A DNA stretch of 64,000 bases, from positions 2,074 through 66,073 of the forward strand of contig JBCCXL010000025.1 of the NCBI GenBank assembly GCA_039191605.1, given 5' to 3'. Numbering within the stretch: position 1 is the stretch's first letter; each line of letters opens with the position of its first letter. A model generated the notes under the pieces. It was given only the letters and a program-made list of their open reading frames with translations. It made no database searches and had not been told where the DNA came from. Below are positions 35,920 to 44,223 of the stretch, one piece after another. Source of the stretch: Acidobacteriota bacterium (GTDB lineage: Bacteria; Acidobacteriota; Thermoanaerobaculia; Multivoradales; JAHZIX01). The translations under genes and the position numbers were made by a program.

Positions 35920-36822
35920 ATGAAAGAGGAGACCGCCAATTTCCTCGACGGGTCGTCGTCGTCGGCGGCGCCGGACGAGATCAGCGAAGATCCCGCCGAC
36001 GAGATCAGCGAAGATCCCGGCGACGAGATCAGCGAAGATCCCGGCGGAGAACGTGGGGAGATCACGTCGGGCAGCGAGCTGTCGCGGCTGCTGCGGGATG
36101 CTGGGCCCGAGGCGCTGCGGGATCTGCTGCGCCAGCGGGGGGAGGAGCTCACGGTGGAAGAAGCGCGGCAGGCGCTGCGCAACCCCTTCGTAGACGAGGC
36201 CCTGGTGCGCGCCTTGGTGGAGCGGCGATCGCTTCTTTCCTCCTACGAGCTGCGCCGAGATTTGGCGGCGCATCCGAGCACCCCGAGGGTGATCGCGTCC
36301 CGCTTTTTGGGGGGACTGTATTGGGGCGACCTGCTGAAGCTATCCCTCAGCCTGCGGGTGCCGCCGGCGGTGAGAGTGTTGGCGGAACGGGAGCTGGTGC
36401 AGCGGCTTCCCGGCTTGGCCCTCGGCGAGAAGGTGAGTCTCGCCCGGCGAGGGGCCCGACCGGTGCTTCATCAGCTGAGGAAAGAATCGCATTTTCGGGT
36501 GATCGCGGCGCTGCTGCAGAACCCTCGGTTGACGGTGGATATCGTGCAGCCCCTGGCGGGGGATCTCCAGGCTCCGCCGGAGATCCTGCGCCAGCTTGCG
36601 GAGCATCCCCGTTGGGGAGTGCGCTACCCCGTGCGCCTCGCTCTCTGTCGTAATCCACGGACGCCGCCGCAGGTCGCCCTGCGCCTGCTTCCGATGCTGA
36701 AGAAGGTCGATCTAAAAGGCTTGGCTTCCGATCGGCGCATCTCGTCGGTGCTGCGCCGTCGCGCGGCGCGATTGCTTTCGTCGACGCCTCCTCGCGGGAC
36801 AGGGAGTCTCGGCGGATCCTAG
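35920..36822 (+). CDS. helical repeat protein (leucine-rich-variant/HEAT-like), paralog of 37927-38940
   Basis: Repeats of the type L..HP.TP..V...L / LL.NPR.... The C-terminus CRNPRTPPQVALRLLPMLKKVDLKGLASDRRISSVLRRRAARLL aligns with VRNPRAPVGLAIKLLSRLSVRDLRDLRRDRNVPDPVRQTANRLY of the downstream paralog. Confidence 0.6.
   Translation: MKEETANFLDGSSSSAAPDEISEDPADEISEDPGDEISEDPGGERGEITSGSELSRLLRDAGPEALRDLLRQRGEELTVEEARQALRNPFVDEALVRALVERRSLLSSYELRRDLAAHPSTPRVIASRFLGGLYWGDLLKLSLSLRVPPAVRVLAERELVQRLPGLALGEKVSLARRGARPVLHQLRKESHFRVIAALLQNPRLTVDIVQPLAGDLQAPPEILRQLAEHPRWGVRYPVRLALCRNPRTPPQVALRLLPMLKKVDLKGLASDRRISSVLRRRAARLLSSTPPRGTGSLGGS
35974..36045 (+). repeat. 24-nt in-frame tandem repeat, 3 copies (encodes DEISEDP[A/G])
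   Basis: gacgagatcagcgaagatcccgcc / gacgagatcagcgaagatcccggc / gacgagatcagcgaagatcccggc, read directly inside CDS 35920-36822. Confidence 0.9.
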
Positions 36823-37039
36823 GGTGACGCATCGGTCGCGGACGATCGGCGTAAACACGGCGGTCTGTGCAACTCTCGCAGGTCGAGTACAATAGGCGAG
36901 CTTCCGGTATGGGATCTTCGATACGATTCGTGCTTCCCGCTCCGGGCCTACCCCAGCCGCCGCGGCGGCACCCCCGTGCCCTCTTCCCGAGCCCAACCCG
37001 GTCGTCTCCTGCGAGACGGCGACCTCGGTAGCTTTTGCG

Positions 37040-37930
37040 ATGACGACCTCCAGCCGCACCACGCCCCGAACCCCACCATGGGAAGGCCCCGACAACCAGG
37101 GGATAACCTTCGGAACCTGGCTTCGCCGACAGCGAGAGGTGCGGGAGATCGAGCTCAAAGAGATCGCCGACAGCACCAAGGTGAGCCTGCGCTATCTACA
37201 GGCCTTCGAGCAGGACCGCTTCGAGCTGCTTCCGGCTCTGGTGTTCTCTCGCGGCTTTCTGCGCCAATACGCCGAATGTGTGGGGCTGGATCCCGACGAG
37301 GTCCTGAACTCCTTCCTCTGGGCGATCAACGCTTCTCAGCCGGAAGAGGAAGAGCCGGAGGAGGTACGCCGCCGCGAGGTCGAGGCGAATCGCTCGATTC
37401 TGATCCCGGTGCTGATCCTGGTGGTGGCCCTGGTGGCTCTGGTGGCGGGGCTCTTGATCTCCTCTGGAGACGAGGAAGAGGCAGCCGCCGAATCCCAGGA
37501 AGCGGTGGTGGAGGACTCCGCGCCGGCGACCTCGGGACCGAATTTCGTCCCGCCGGTGCGTCAGGCGGCGGCCCCCGCTCCAGCGGTGGAGCCCCCACCT
37601 CCAGAGCCCTCGGCGCCGCTGGTGGTCACCCTGGAGTTCACCCGGGACTGCTGGGTGGAGGCGGTGGTGCGCAACGCTCCCGAGGGGCGTGATCAGCGCA
37701 TCTCCCAGACTTTCTGGCAGGGAGAATCGTTGACCCTCGAGGCGCAGCGGGCGGTGGTGCTGCGCAAGTTGGGCAACGCCGGTGGCGTGCAGGTGGAGGT
37801 CAACGGCCTTCCCTTCGAGCTCGGTGGCCGCGAGGGGCAGGTGATCAATGATCTGCGCATCGATCTGGAGACCGCCGCTGAGCTGCGGGCGGCTGATGCT
37901 GGGGCTGCTGATGCCGGAGGTGGTCCTTGA
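37040..37930 (+). CDS. rodZ: RodZ-like cytoskeleton-associated protein (HTH, TM, C-terminal beta domain)
   Basis: FGTWLRRQREVREIELKEIADSTKVSLRYLQAFEQDRFELLPALVFSRGFLRQYAECVG is the RodZ-type HTH. TM segment ILIPVLILVVALVALVAGLLI. The C-terminal VTLEFTRDCWVEAVV...GGVQVEVNG is DUF4115-like. Confidence 0.8.
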   Translation: MTTSSRTTPRTPPWEGPDNQGITFGTWLRRQREVREIELKEIADSTKVSLRYLQAFEQDRFELLPALVFSRGFLRQYAECVGLDPDEVLNSFLWAINASQPEEEEPEEVRRREVEANRSILIPVLILVVALVALVAGLLISSGDEEEAAAESQEAVVEDSAPATSGPNFVPPVRQAAAPAPAVEPPPPEPSAPLVVTLEFTRDCWVEAVVRNAPEGRDQRISQTFWQGESLTLEAQRAVVLRKLGNAGGVQVEVNGLPFELGGREGQVINDLRIDLETAAELRAADAGAADAGGGP

Positions 37931-38940
37931 ACCCGACCTCGCCGCTGATTCAGCGAGTGCTCGCCGGCGCCGACCGCAACCTCCAGATGCTGGCGGCGGA
38001 CGGTCTGCTGCCGGTTCCGCCGGAAGAGCTGATCCCGGTTCAGATTTTTCTCGCCCGTAGCCCCGACGTGGAGGTCTCCACCAAGGCGAAGCTGTCCTTG
38101 ACGGGAACCGCGCCTCGCTTGGTCTCCAGCTACCTCAAGGAGGTGGAGGAGATCGCGCCGCTGGAATTCTTCCTGCGCACGTCGTCGGAGCCACTGATTC
38201 TGCAGACCATCCTGCAGCGACGGAATCTCCCCAACCACCTCCTCCTCGAGGTGGCGCCAAAACTGGATGGGGACCTGCAGGAAATTTTGTTGCTGAGACA
38301 GGATCAGATCATTCAGGCCCCCCAGATTTTGGATGCCCTGGAACAAAACCCTCAGCTTTCCGCCTATTCCAAGCGGCGGATCCAGGAATACCGAGAGCAC
38401 CTGCTGCCGCGGGAAAAGCCAGAGAAGCCGAAAACCAAGGCCATCGAGGAGGTCACCGAAGAGGAAGTGCAGGAGGCCATCGCCGAGGTCAAGCGCACGA
38501 TCCCCGCGGAAGGTGAGGAAGATGACCTCACGGGGCTCACCGAGGTGCAGATCAAGGCGTTGCCCATTCCGGTGCGTATGAAGCTCACGGTGGGCGCGAA
38601 CCGCACTCTTCGCGGTATCCTGATTCGGGACGTCAACTCCACCGTGGCGATGACGTGTCTGGAGAACAACTCCTGGGCGGATACTGAGATCGAATCCGTT
38701 TGTCAGAATCGAAACACCCACGAGGAGGTCATGCTGGGGGTCAGCCGAAATCGCCAGTGGATGAGCAAGTACGCCATCGTTCAAGCCTTTGTCCGGAACC
38801 CTAGGGCCCCGGTAGGTCTTGCTATTAAACTGCTGTCACGATTGTCCGTCCGAGACTTACGGGACCTCCGTCGAGACCGCAATGTCCCCGATCCCGTCCG
38901 CCAGACGGCGAATCGGCTGTATAGAATCAAAGTAAGATAG
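37927..38940 (+). CDS. helical repeat protein, paralog of 35920-36822
   Basis: TTG start overlaps the rodZ stop (TTGA). The N-terminus LIQRVLAGADRNLQMLAADGLLPVPPEELIPVQIFL and the C-terminal NPR-repeat region align with the upstream paralog. Confidence 0.6.
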   Translation: MNPTSPLIQRVLAGADRNLQMLAADGLLPVPPEELIPVQIFLARSPDVEVSTKAKLSLTGTAPRLVSSYLKEVEEIAPLEFFLRTSSEPLILQTILQRRNLPNHLLLEVAPKLDGDLQEILLLRQDQIIQAPQILDALEQNPQLSAYSKRRIQEYREHLLPREKPEKPKTKAIEEVTEEEVQEAIAEVKRTIPAEGEEDDLTGLTEVQIKALPIPVRMKLTVGANRTLRGILIRDVNSTVAMTCLENNSWADTEIESVCQNRNTHEEVMLGVSRNRQWMSKYAIVQAFVRNPRAPVGLAIKLLSRLSVRDLRDLRRDRNVPDPVRQTANRLYRIKVR

Positions 38941-38950
38941 GAAGCGTCCG

Positions 38951-39598
38951 ATGGCGACGAACTACTACTCCATTCTCGGCGTGCCGCAGAACGCGACGAG
39001 GGACCAGGTACGTTCGCGGTTCTTGGAGTTGGCCCGTCAGCTACACCCGGACCGCTTCCGCGGTGATGCCAAGCGCCAAGCAGAAATCGATTTTCAAGAG
39101 ATCACTGAGGCGTTCAACATTCTCTCCAACCCCCAGCGCCGCCGAGACCACGATCGTGAGCTGGCGCGACCGCAGGCGGAAGATGAGCAGGATGACGCGA
39201 AGCAGGCAGCAAAGGTTTATATGCAACGAGGCGTCAAGTCCTATCGCGAGGGCAACTATTCCGCGGCTGCCGACAGCTTTGATCGCGCTACCAAGGAAAA
39301 TCCGGAGGATCCCAAGACCTGGTTCCACCTCGCTTTGGCCTGTAGCCGCCTGCCGAGATTCCGGCAGCGGGGCCTCGAGGCGATCACGGAGGCCTGTCGT
39401 CGGGACGCGATGAACGCGAAATACCACAAGCTTGCGGGGCGCATGTATGCCGAGGCGGGGAGCGTCGAGGATGCGGAACGGGCCTATAACCGGGCGCTGC
39501 AATGGGGAGGCGAGGATGCCTCCGTGCGCTCGGCCCTCGACGAGCTGAAGAAGAAATCGAAGCGTGGTGGCCTCTCCTCGCTCTTCGGCAGGTCTTGA
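38951..39598 (+). CDS. J-domain protein with TPR repeats
   Basis: NYYSILGVPQNATRDQVRSRFLELARQLHPDRF carries the HPD motif. TPR-like C-terminus (GNYSAAADSFDRATKENPEDPKTWFHLALA...). Confidence 0.85.
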   Translation: MATNYYSILGVPQNATRDQVRSRFLELARQLHPDRFRGDAKRQAEIDFQEITEAFNILSNPQRRRDHDRELARPQAEDEQDDAKQAAKVYMQRGVKSYREGNYSAAADSFDRATKENPEDPKTWFHLALACSRLPRFRQRGLEAITEACRRDAMNAKYHKLAGRMYAEAGSVEDAERAYNRALQWGGEDASVRSALDELKKKSKRGGLSSLFGRS

Positions 39599-39600
39599 TC

Positions 39601-40377
39601 ATGCTGCGTATCCGAGCCTGCGGACTGACGGACATCGGTCTCGCCCGAGCCCACAACGAAGATTGCTTCGGCATTGATGCCGAGAACCAGCTGGCGGTGG
39701 TCGCCGACGGCATGGGGGGGCACAGCCACGGGGAGGTGGCCTCCCGCATCGCGGTGGAGTCGATCCAGGAATTCGTTGGCACCCGGGTGACCCGGGCGAG
39801 CTTCAACGGAGCGCGGCCGGAAGGCAGCCATAGCGGTTTGCGGCAGCACTCCCGGGTGCTGCGGGATGCCGTACGCTCCGCCCACCACCGGGTGCTCGGG
39901 GCGATTCGTGAAGACGGCTCCCTCTACGGCATGGGCACCACCGTGGTCGGCTTTCTGCTGCGGGAAGACGTCGCCGCCGTCGCCCACGTCGGGGATAGCC
40001 GGGTGTATCGTCTGCGGGGTGGAGACATGGAGCTGCTGACCCAGGATCACACCTGGGTCAACGAGCAGGTGATGGCGGGCTTTCTCTCCCCAGAGCAGGC
40101 GCGGGTGCATCCCTTAAAGAACGTGATCACCCGCGCCCTCGGCGGCGAGTCGGACGTGCAGGTGGATGTCCGAGAGCTGCGCGCCCGCGCCGGGGATGTC
40201 TACCTGCTGTGCTCCGATGGCCTGACCACGATGATGCAGGATCCCGAGATTCTCGCCGAGGTGACGCGCTCCGGGCGCTCCCTCGAGCAGGTCTGTCGCG
40301 GCCTGATTCAGGAAGCGAATTCCCGCGGTGGGCTGGATAACATCACCGTGATTCTGCTGGCCATCGAGGAAGTCTGA
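39601..40377 (+). CDS. PP2C-family Ser/Thr protein phosphatase
   Basis: GLTDIGLARAHNEDCF, VVADGMGGHSHGEVAS, YLLCSDGLT, GGLDNITVILL. ATG 39601 lies 2 nt after the upstream stop. Confidence 0.9.
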   Translation: MLRIRACGLTDIGLARAHNEDCFGIDAENQLAVVADGMGGHSHGEVASRIAVESIQEFVGTRVTRASFNGARPEGSHSGLRQHSRVLRDAVRSAHHRVLGAIREDGSLYGMGTTVVGFLLREDVAAVAHVGDSRVYRLRGGDMELLTQDHTWVNEQVMAGFLSPEQARVHPLKNVITRALGGESDVQVDVRELRARAGDVYLLCSDGLTTMMQDPEILAEVTRSGRSLEQVCRGLIQEANSRGGLDNITVILLAIEEV

Positions 40378-40494
40378 GAGATCCCAATCTAGGGATGCCT
40401 CCCGTCTCGAGGCTTTCCTCCCAGGAGCTCCCCCGGATCGGGACGAGCCGAAGGATCCTCGATCGGTGCGGAACCCTCAGTCCCTGAAGAGCCC

Positions 40495-41661
40495 TCAATC
40501 TCCGAATAGATAGCCGTCGCGGGCGGTGATCTCGAATTCCGGGTTAGTCGCCTCCACCTCGACCTCCTGATAGCCGCTCTTATCCGCTGGATGACGGCTC
40601 TGGTAGCTCAGCAGGTAATAGCCATTATTGGCCTTGGAGACCCTGCTGAGGGCGGTGCGGAAGGTGGAGTGGTTGAAGAGATACTCACCACCGGTGGCGT
40701 TGGCGAAATGGTTGAGGCTGCCGGCCATGGTGTGGCGCACGTTGGGCAGGCTGAGGTCGATGGCGTAGGTCGCGATGTTGCTGTCGTTGAGGTGGCGGAT
40801 GGTGGGCTCGGTGTAGCGGGCATCGGGCTGGTAACCGCCGAAGGTGTCGACACGACCGAAGCCGAGGGAGAAGAGCAGGAGGTTCTTGCGTCCAGGGGTG
40901 CTGCCGGCGGCCTTGGCGAGCTCCTGGAGCCCTTCGTAGATGGTTTCCGTGCTGTCTCCTAGGGCCTCTCCTTGGGGTAGGTGAGCGGCGAGGCTGGGGA
41001 TTCCTCGATCTCCCTCGTCCCCGATTCGCGACGGCCAATTCTCGCCTCCGGCGCTGCGCACGGCGCGGTCGATGGCTCCCTCCAGTAGCTCCTGATCCTG
41101 AGTGAAGTCCTGGTGCAGGCGCAGCTTGACGTCATAGCTCAACACCGCGACCCAGTCGCCGGGCTGGAGATCCTGCTGCACCCAATCTTTGGAGTATTTG
41201 CCCGCCTGGAGCTGACGCTGGACGATGCCCGGAGCCTCTCCGGCCTTGCGCCGCTGGTCTTCGAAGAGCAGGATGAAGTAGCGGTCCCGGGGCTGGCGAT
41301 CGAGATCGCTGCCCCGCGCCTCGAGGCTGGCCCCGAGATTGGCCTCGGCCTCGCCGCCGGGCTGTGCTTCCAGCAGGCGGTGGCTGTAGAAGACGACGGA
41401 GTCCAGGGCCACCAGGTCGCCGTCCTCGCTGACCCGGAAATCCTCGGGACCAAGGCCGACGACGACATTGCCGGCCTCGTCGGTGACCTGCACGTCCAGC
41501 AGCACCTCGGTGACCTCTACGGCGTCCTCGAAGGTGGCCTCCTGCTGCGCGGCGAGGGGAAGGGCCACCAGCCCTAGGAGCAGAGCCAGCAGGGCGCAGA
41601 GACTGCCTCTGCGAAGGGTGCTGGGAGACGAGGCGGAAGGGGCATGAAGGGGAGAGGGCAT
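40495..41661 (-). CDS. VWA-domain protein of the acidobacterial VWFA-related type
   Basis: GGAGG Shine-Dalgarno 5 nt before ATG 41661; signal peptide. VEVTEVLLDVQVTDEAGNVVVGLGPEDFRVSEDG is the N-terminal pattern I associate with TIGR03436. A VWA-like region follows (YFILLFEDQ...NLLLFSLGFG). Confidence 0.7.
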   Translation of the reverse strand: MPSPLHAPSASSPSTLRRGSLCALLALLLGLVALPLAAQQEATFEDAVEVTEVLLDVQVTDEAGNVVVGLGPEDFRVSEDGDLVALDSVVFYSHRLLEAQPGGEAEANLGASLEARGSDLDRQPRDRYFILLFEDQRRKAGEAPGIVQRQLQAGKYSKDWVQQDLQPGDWVAVLSYDVKLRLHQDFTQDQELLEGAIDRAVRSAGGENWPSRIGDEGDRGIPSLAAHLPQGEALGDSTETIYEGLQELAKAAGSTPGRKNLLLFSLGFGRVDTFGGYQPDARYTEPTIRHLNDSNIATYAIDLSLPNVRHTMAGSLNHFANATGGEYLFNHSTFRTALSRVSKANNGYYLLSYQSRHPADKSGYQEVEVEATNPEFEITARDGYLFGD

Positions 41662-42045
41662 GGGGACCTCCAAAACGAGCGAGGGTACGGGGAGCGGGGA
41701 CTTGGGAAGCTGGTTCATTGGAGCTGGTTCAATCGGAGCCTGAGCTGCTCCGCTCATTTGCAACAATCAGAGAAGAGCAAAATGGTTGCCAGCTTGTTCA
41801 AATCTGCCTGATGATTCGGCCGCCGCCGGGATTAGGGCCGCTAACGATCCTCTCGTGCTGGAAATCGAGCGTTCAGCGGGATGATCTGGGCACTGGCGGC
41901 GCCTCGCTAGCCTGTCGAGAGCGGCTCGCTCCGCGGCAGCTGCCCCCGGCGGGGGACGGCGGTGTCCTTCCCGGGGGGCATCTGTCTTGAGGATCAGGAC
42001 ACGGGGTTTAGGGGCGGAGGGTGGCGAGGTCGGCTAGCGGACGAC

Positions 42046-44223
42046 TCAGGTCGAGCTCGTCTCCTGGCTGTAGGAGTAGAAGCCGCCCGCGTCGGCCAGT
42101 TGCCGCAGCGCCGCGGACGGCGCGAAGCGAGGCCCGACGGATTGCGCTAGGCGCTCCAGCACCCGAACGATCTCGTCGATCCCCTGCTCGTCCGCCCAGC
42201 GGCAGAGGCCGCCGCGGAAGGGAGGAAAGCCGGCGCCGGTGAGCAGGGCGAAGTCGATATCTTCGGGGCAGCTGACCACTCGCTCCACCAGGCAGCGGGC
42301 GGCCTCGTTGACCATCGGGAGAGTGACACGATCGCAGGCCACCAGCGGCTCCTTTAAGGAGCGGCGCTGGCCGCTGTCGAGGAGCGGGTAGAGATCCGAG
42401 TTCGGGGTGCGGCGGCCTTCTTCGCAGCGGTAATAGCCGATTCCGGTCTTGGTGCCCAGCCAGCGCCGCTGCAGGAAGATCTCCTCCAGCTCCCACGGCG
42501 GCAGCGCGAAGCGGCCAGGGAAGGCGCGCTGCAGGGTGGTGACGACATCGATGGCGAGATCGATGCCGACTCGATCGATCAGGGCCAGGGGGCCCATCGG
42601 CAGGCCCCAGCTCTCCAGGGCGTGGTCGATATCGTCGATGCGATAACCCTCCGCCAGCAGGCAGAGGGCCTCGGTCATAGCGAAGGAGAGGATTCGATTG
42701 ACCAAAAAGCCCGGGCTGTCCTTCACCGCCACCGGGCGCTTGCCGAGGCGCAGAGCGAAGGCGCGGGCGATTTCCAGACTCGCCGGTGAGGTCTTCTCGC
42801 CGGCTACCAGCTCCACCAGGGGGAGCCGTCCCGGCGGGTTGAAGAAGTGTAGGCCCACCAGGCGCTGAGGGTGCCGGAGACCGCGGGCGAGGTCGTTCAC
42901 CGAGAGCGAGGAAGTGTTGGTGGCAAACACGGTGTTCGGCCTCACCTCTTCCTCCAGGCGCTGGAGCAGCCTTCGCTTCGACTCCAGATTCTCGGTGATC
43001 GCTTCCACCACCAGATCCACGCCGTGGAAGCCGGTGGTGTCGAGACAGGGCTGGAGACGAGTGAGGGCAGCGCGGCTCTCGGTGCGGCTCAGCCGTCGCC
43101 GCTTGACCCGATTGTGGAGCACTCGGGAGGCGTTGCGCAGGGCAGCGATGGAGGATTCAGGATCGGTATCCAGCAGGCGCACCGGGAGGCCTCCCTGGAT
43201 CGCCACCAGCTGCGCGATCTCCGAGCCCATCACACCCGCTCCCACCACCGCTATTCGGCTCAAATGGACGTTGCTGGGGGGCTGGTCTTTGGCCCTCTGG
43301 TGAAGCTGGAAGACGTGCTGCAGATTGGCCGCTACGGTACCGGTGGCGAGCTCGCCGAGGGCTCGGGCCTCGGCCTCAAGACCAGCCTCCTTGCCCTGCT
43401 CGAGGCCGACCTTCACCACCTCGATGGTGCGGGCGGGGGCGGGGTAGCGGCCGTCGGTCTTGGCGAGGGTGCGGCGGCGCGCCTGGTCGAAGACGATGCG
43501 GCGGCCGAGGGGGTTGTCCTGCAGCATTTCCCGAAGGTCCAGCTCGGCGGCGGCCTCTATTTGTCCCGCCATCACCGCTCGGGCAAATCGATGGACGTGA
43601 CGCAGGAAGCCCGCGGTCGGCACCAGCTCGTCCACCAGGCCGAGTCGCCGCGCCCGCGGGGCGTCGACGCTCTTCCCGGTGAGCATCAGCTGCAGCGCTT
43701 CCGCCAGGCCGATGCGCCGCGGCAGGCGAACGGTACAGCCCCAGGCCGGCAGGATGCCGAGGCGAACTTCCGGCAGGCCGAGGCGTAGGGAGTTCTCGGC
43801 GGCCACCCGATAGGTGCAGGATAGGGCCAGCTCCATGCCGCCGCCGACACAGACTCCGCGCAGGGCGGCGACGGTGGGGAAGGGGAGCGCTTCCCAGGCG
43901 GAGAACAGCCGCTGGCCGAAGCGGGCACCCTCTTGGGCCTTCCGCTGCGCGACCTCCCGCTGTTGGCGACCGCCGGGCACATCATTGCCGAGGGCCCGAA
44001 TCATCGAGATGTCGGCGCCGTGGCAGAAGGACTTTGCCTTGGCGGAGAGCACCACCAGGCAGCGAATGTCGGAGCGCTGGCGAAGCACCTCGACCCAGTT
44101 GGCGAGGCTTTGAAGGGCGTCCTGGGTGAACAGGTTGACGGAGCGTCGGGGCTGGTTGAAGGTCAGGGTCGCCAGCCCTTCGGCGCCGACTTCGAGACCG
44201 AAGGCCTCCTCCGTCGAGCTCAG
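42046..44223 (-). CDS. FadJ/FadB-like bifunctional enoyl-CoA hydratase / 3-hydroxyacyl-CoA dehydrogenase (start codon unresolved)
   Basis: Crotonase motifs (FCHGADISM, VCVGGGMELAL) and the NAD-binding IAVVGAGVMGSEIAQL. The tracked ORF starts at GTG 44088, but the frame stays open to 44256. The upstream residues FGLEVGAEGLATLTFNQPRRSVNLFTQDALQSL are clearly the first crotonase strands. Confidence 0.8.
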   Translation of the reverse strand: MSSTEEAFGLEVGAEGLATLTFNQPRRSVNLFTQDALQSLANWVEVLRQRSDIRCLVVLSAKAKSFCHGADISMIRALGNDVPGGRQQREVAQRKAQEGARFGQRLFSAWEALPFPTVAALRGVCVGGGMELALSCTYRVAAENSLRLGLPEVRLGILPAWGCTVRLPRRIGLAEALQLMLTGKSVDAPRARRLGLVDELVPTAGFLRHVHRFARAVMAGQIEAAAELDLREMLQDNPLGRRIVFDQARRRTLAKTDGRYPAPARTIEVVKVGLEQGKEAGLEAEARALGELATGTVAANLQHVFQLHQRAKDQPPSNVHLSRIAVVGAGVMGSEIAQLVAIQGGLPVRLLDTDPESSIAALRNASRVLHNRVKRRRLSRTESRAALTRLQPCLDTTGFHGVDLVVEAITENLESKRRLLQRLEEEVRPNTVFATNTSSLSVNDLARGLRHPQRLVGLHFFNPPGRLPLVELVAGEKTSPASLEIARAFALRLGKRPVAVKDSPGFLVNRILSFAMTEALCLLAEGYRIDDIDHALESWGLPMGPLALIDRVGIDLAIDVVTTLQRAFPGRFALPPWELEEIFLQRRWLGTKTGIGYYRCEEGRRTPNSDLYPLLDSGQRRSLKEPLVACDRVTLPMVNEAARCLVERVVSCPEDIDFALLTGAGFPPFRGGLCRWADEQGIDEIVRVLERLAQSVGPRFAPSAALRQLADAGGFYSYSQETSST

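Noticed and set aside
36976-37692. 238-aa plus-strand ORF overlapping rodZ in another frame.
   Set aside because: It is Gly/Arg/Pro-rich low-complexity sequence. The rodZ frame carries the HTH, TM and C-terminal domain signatures.
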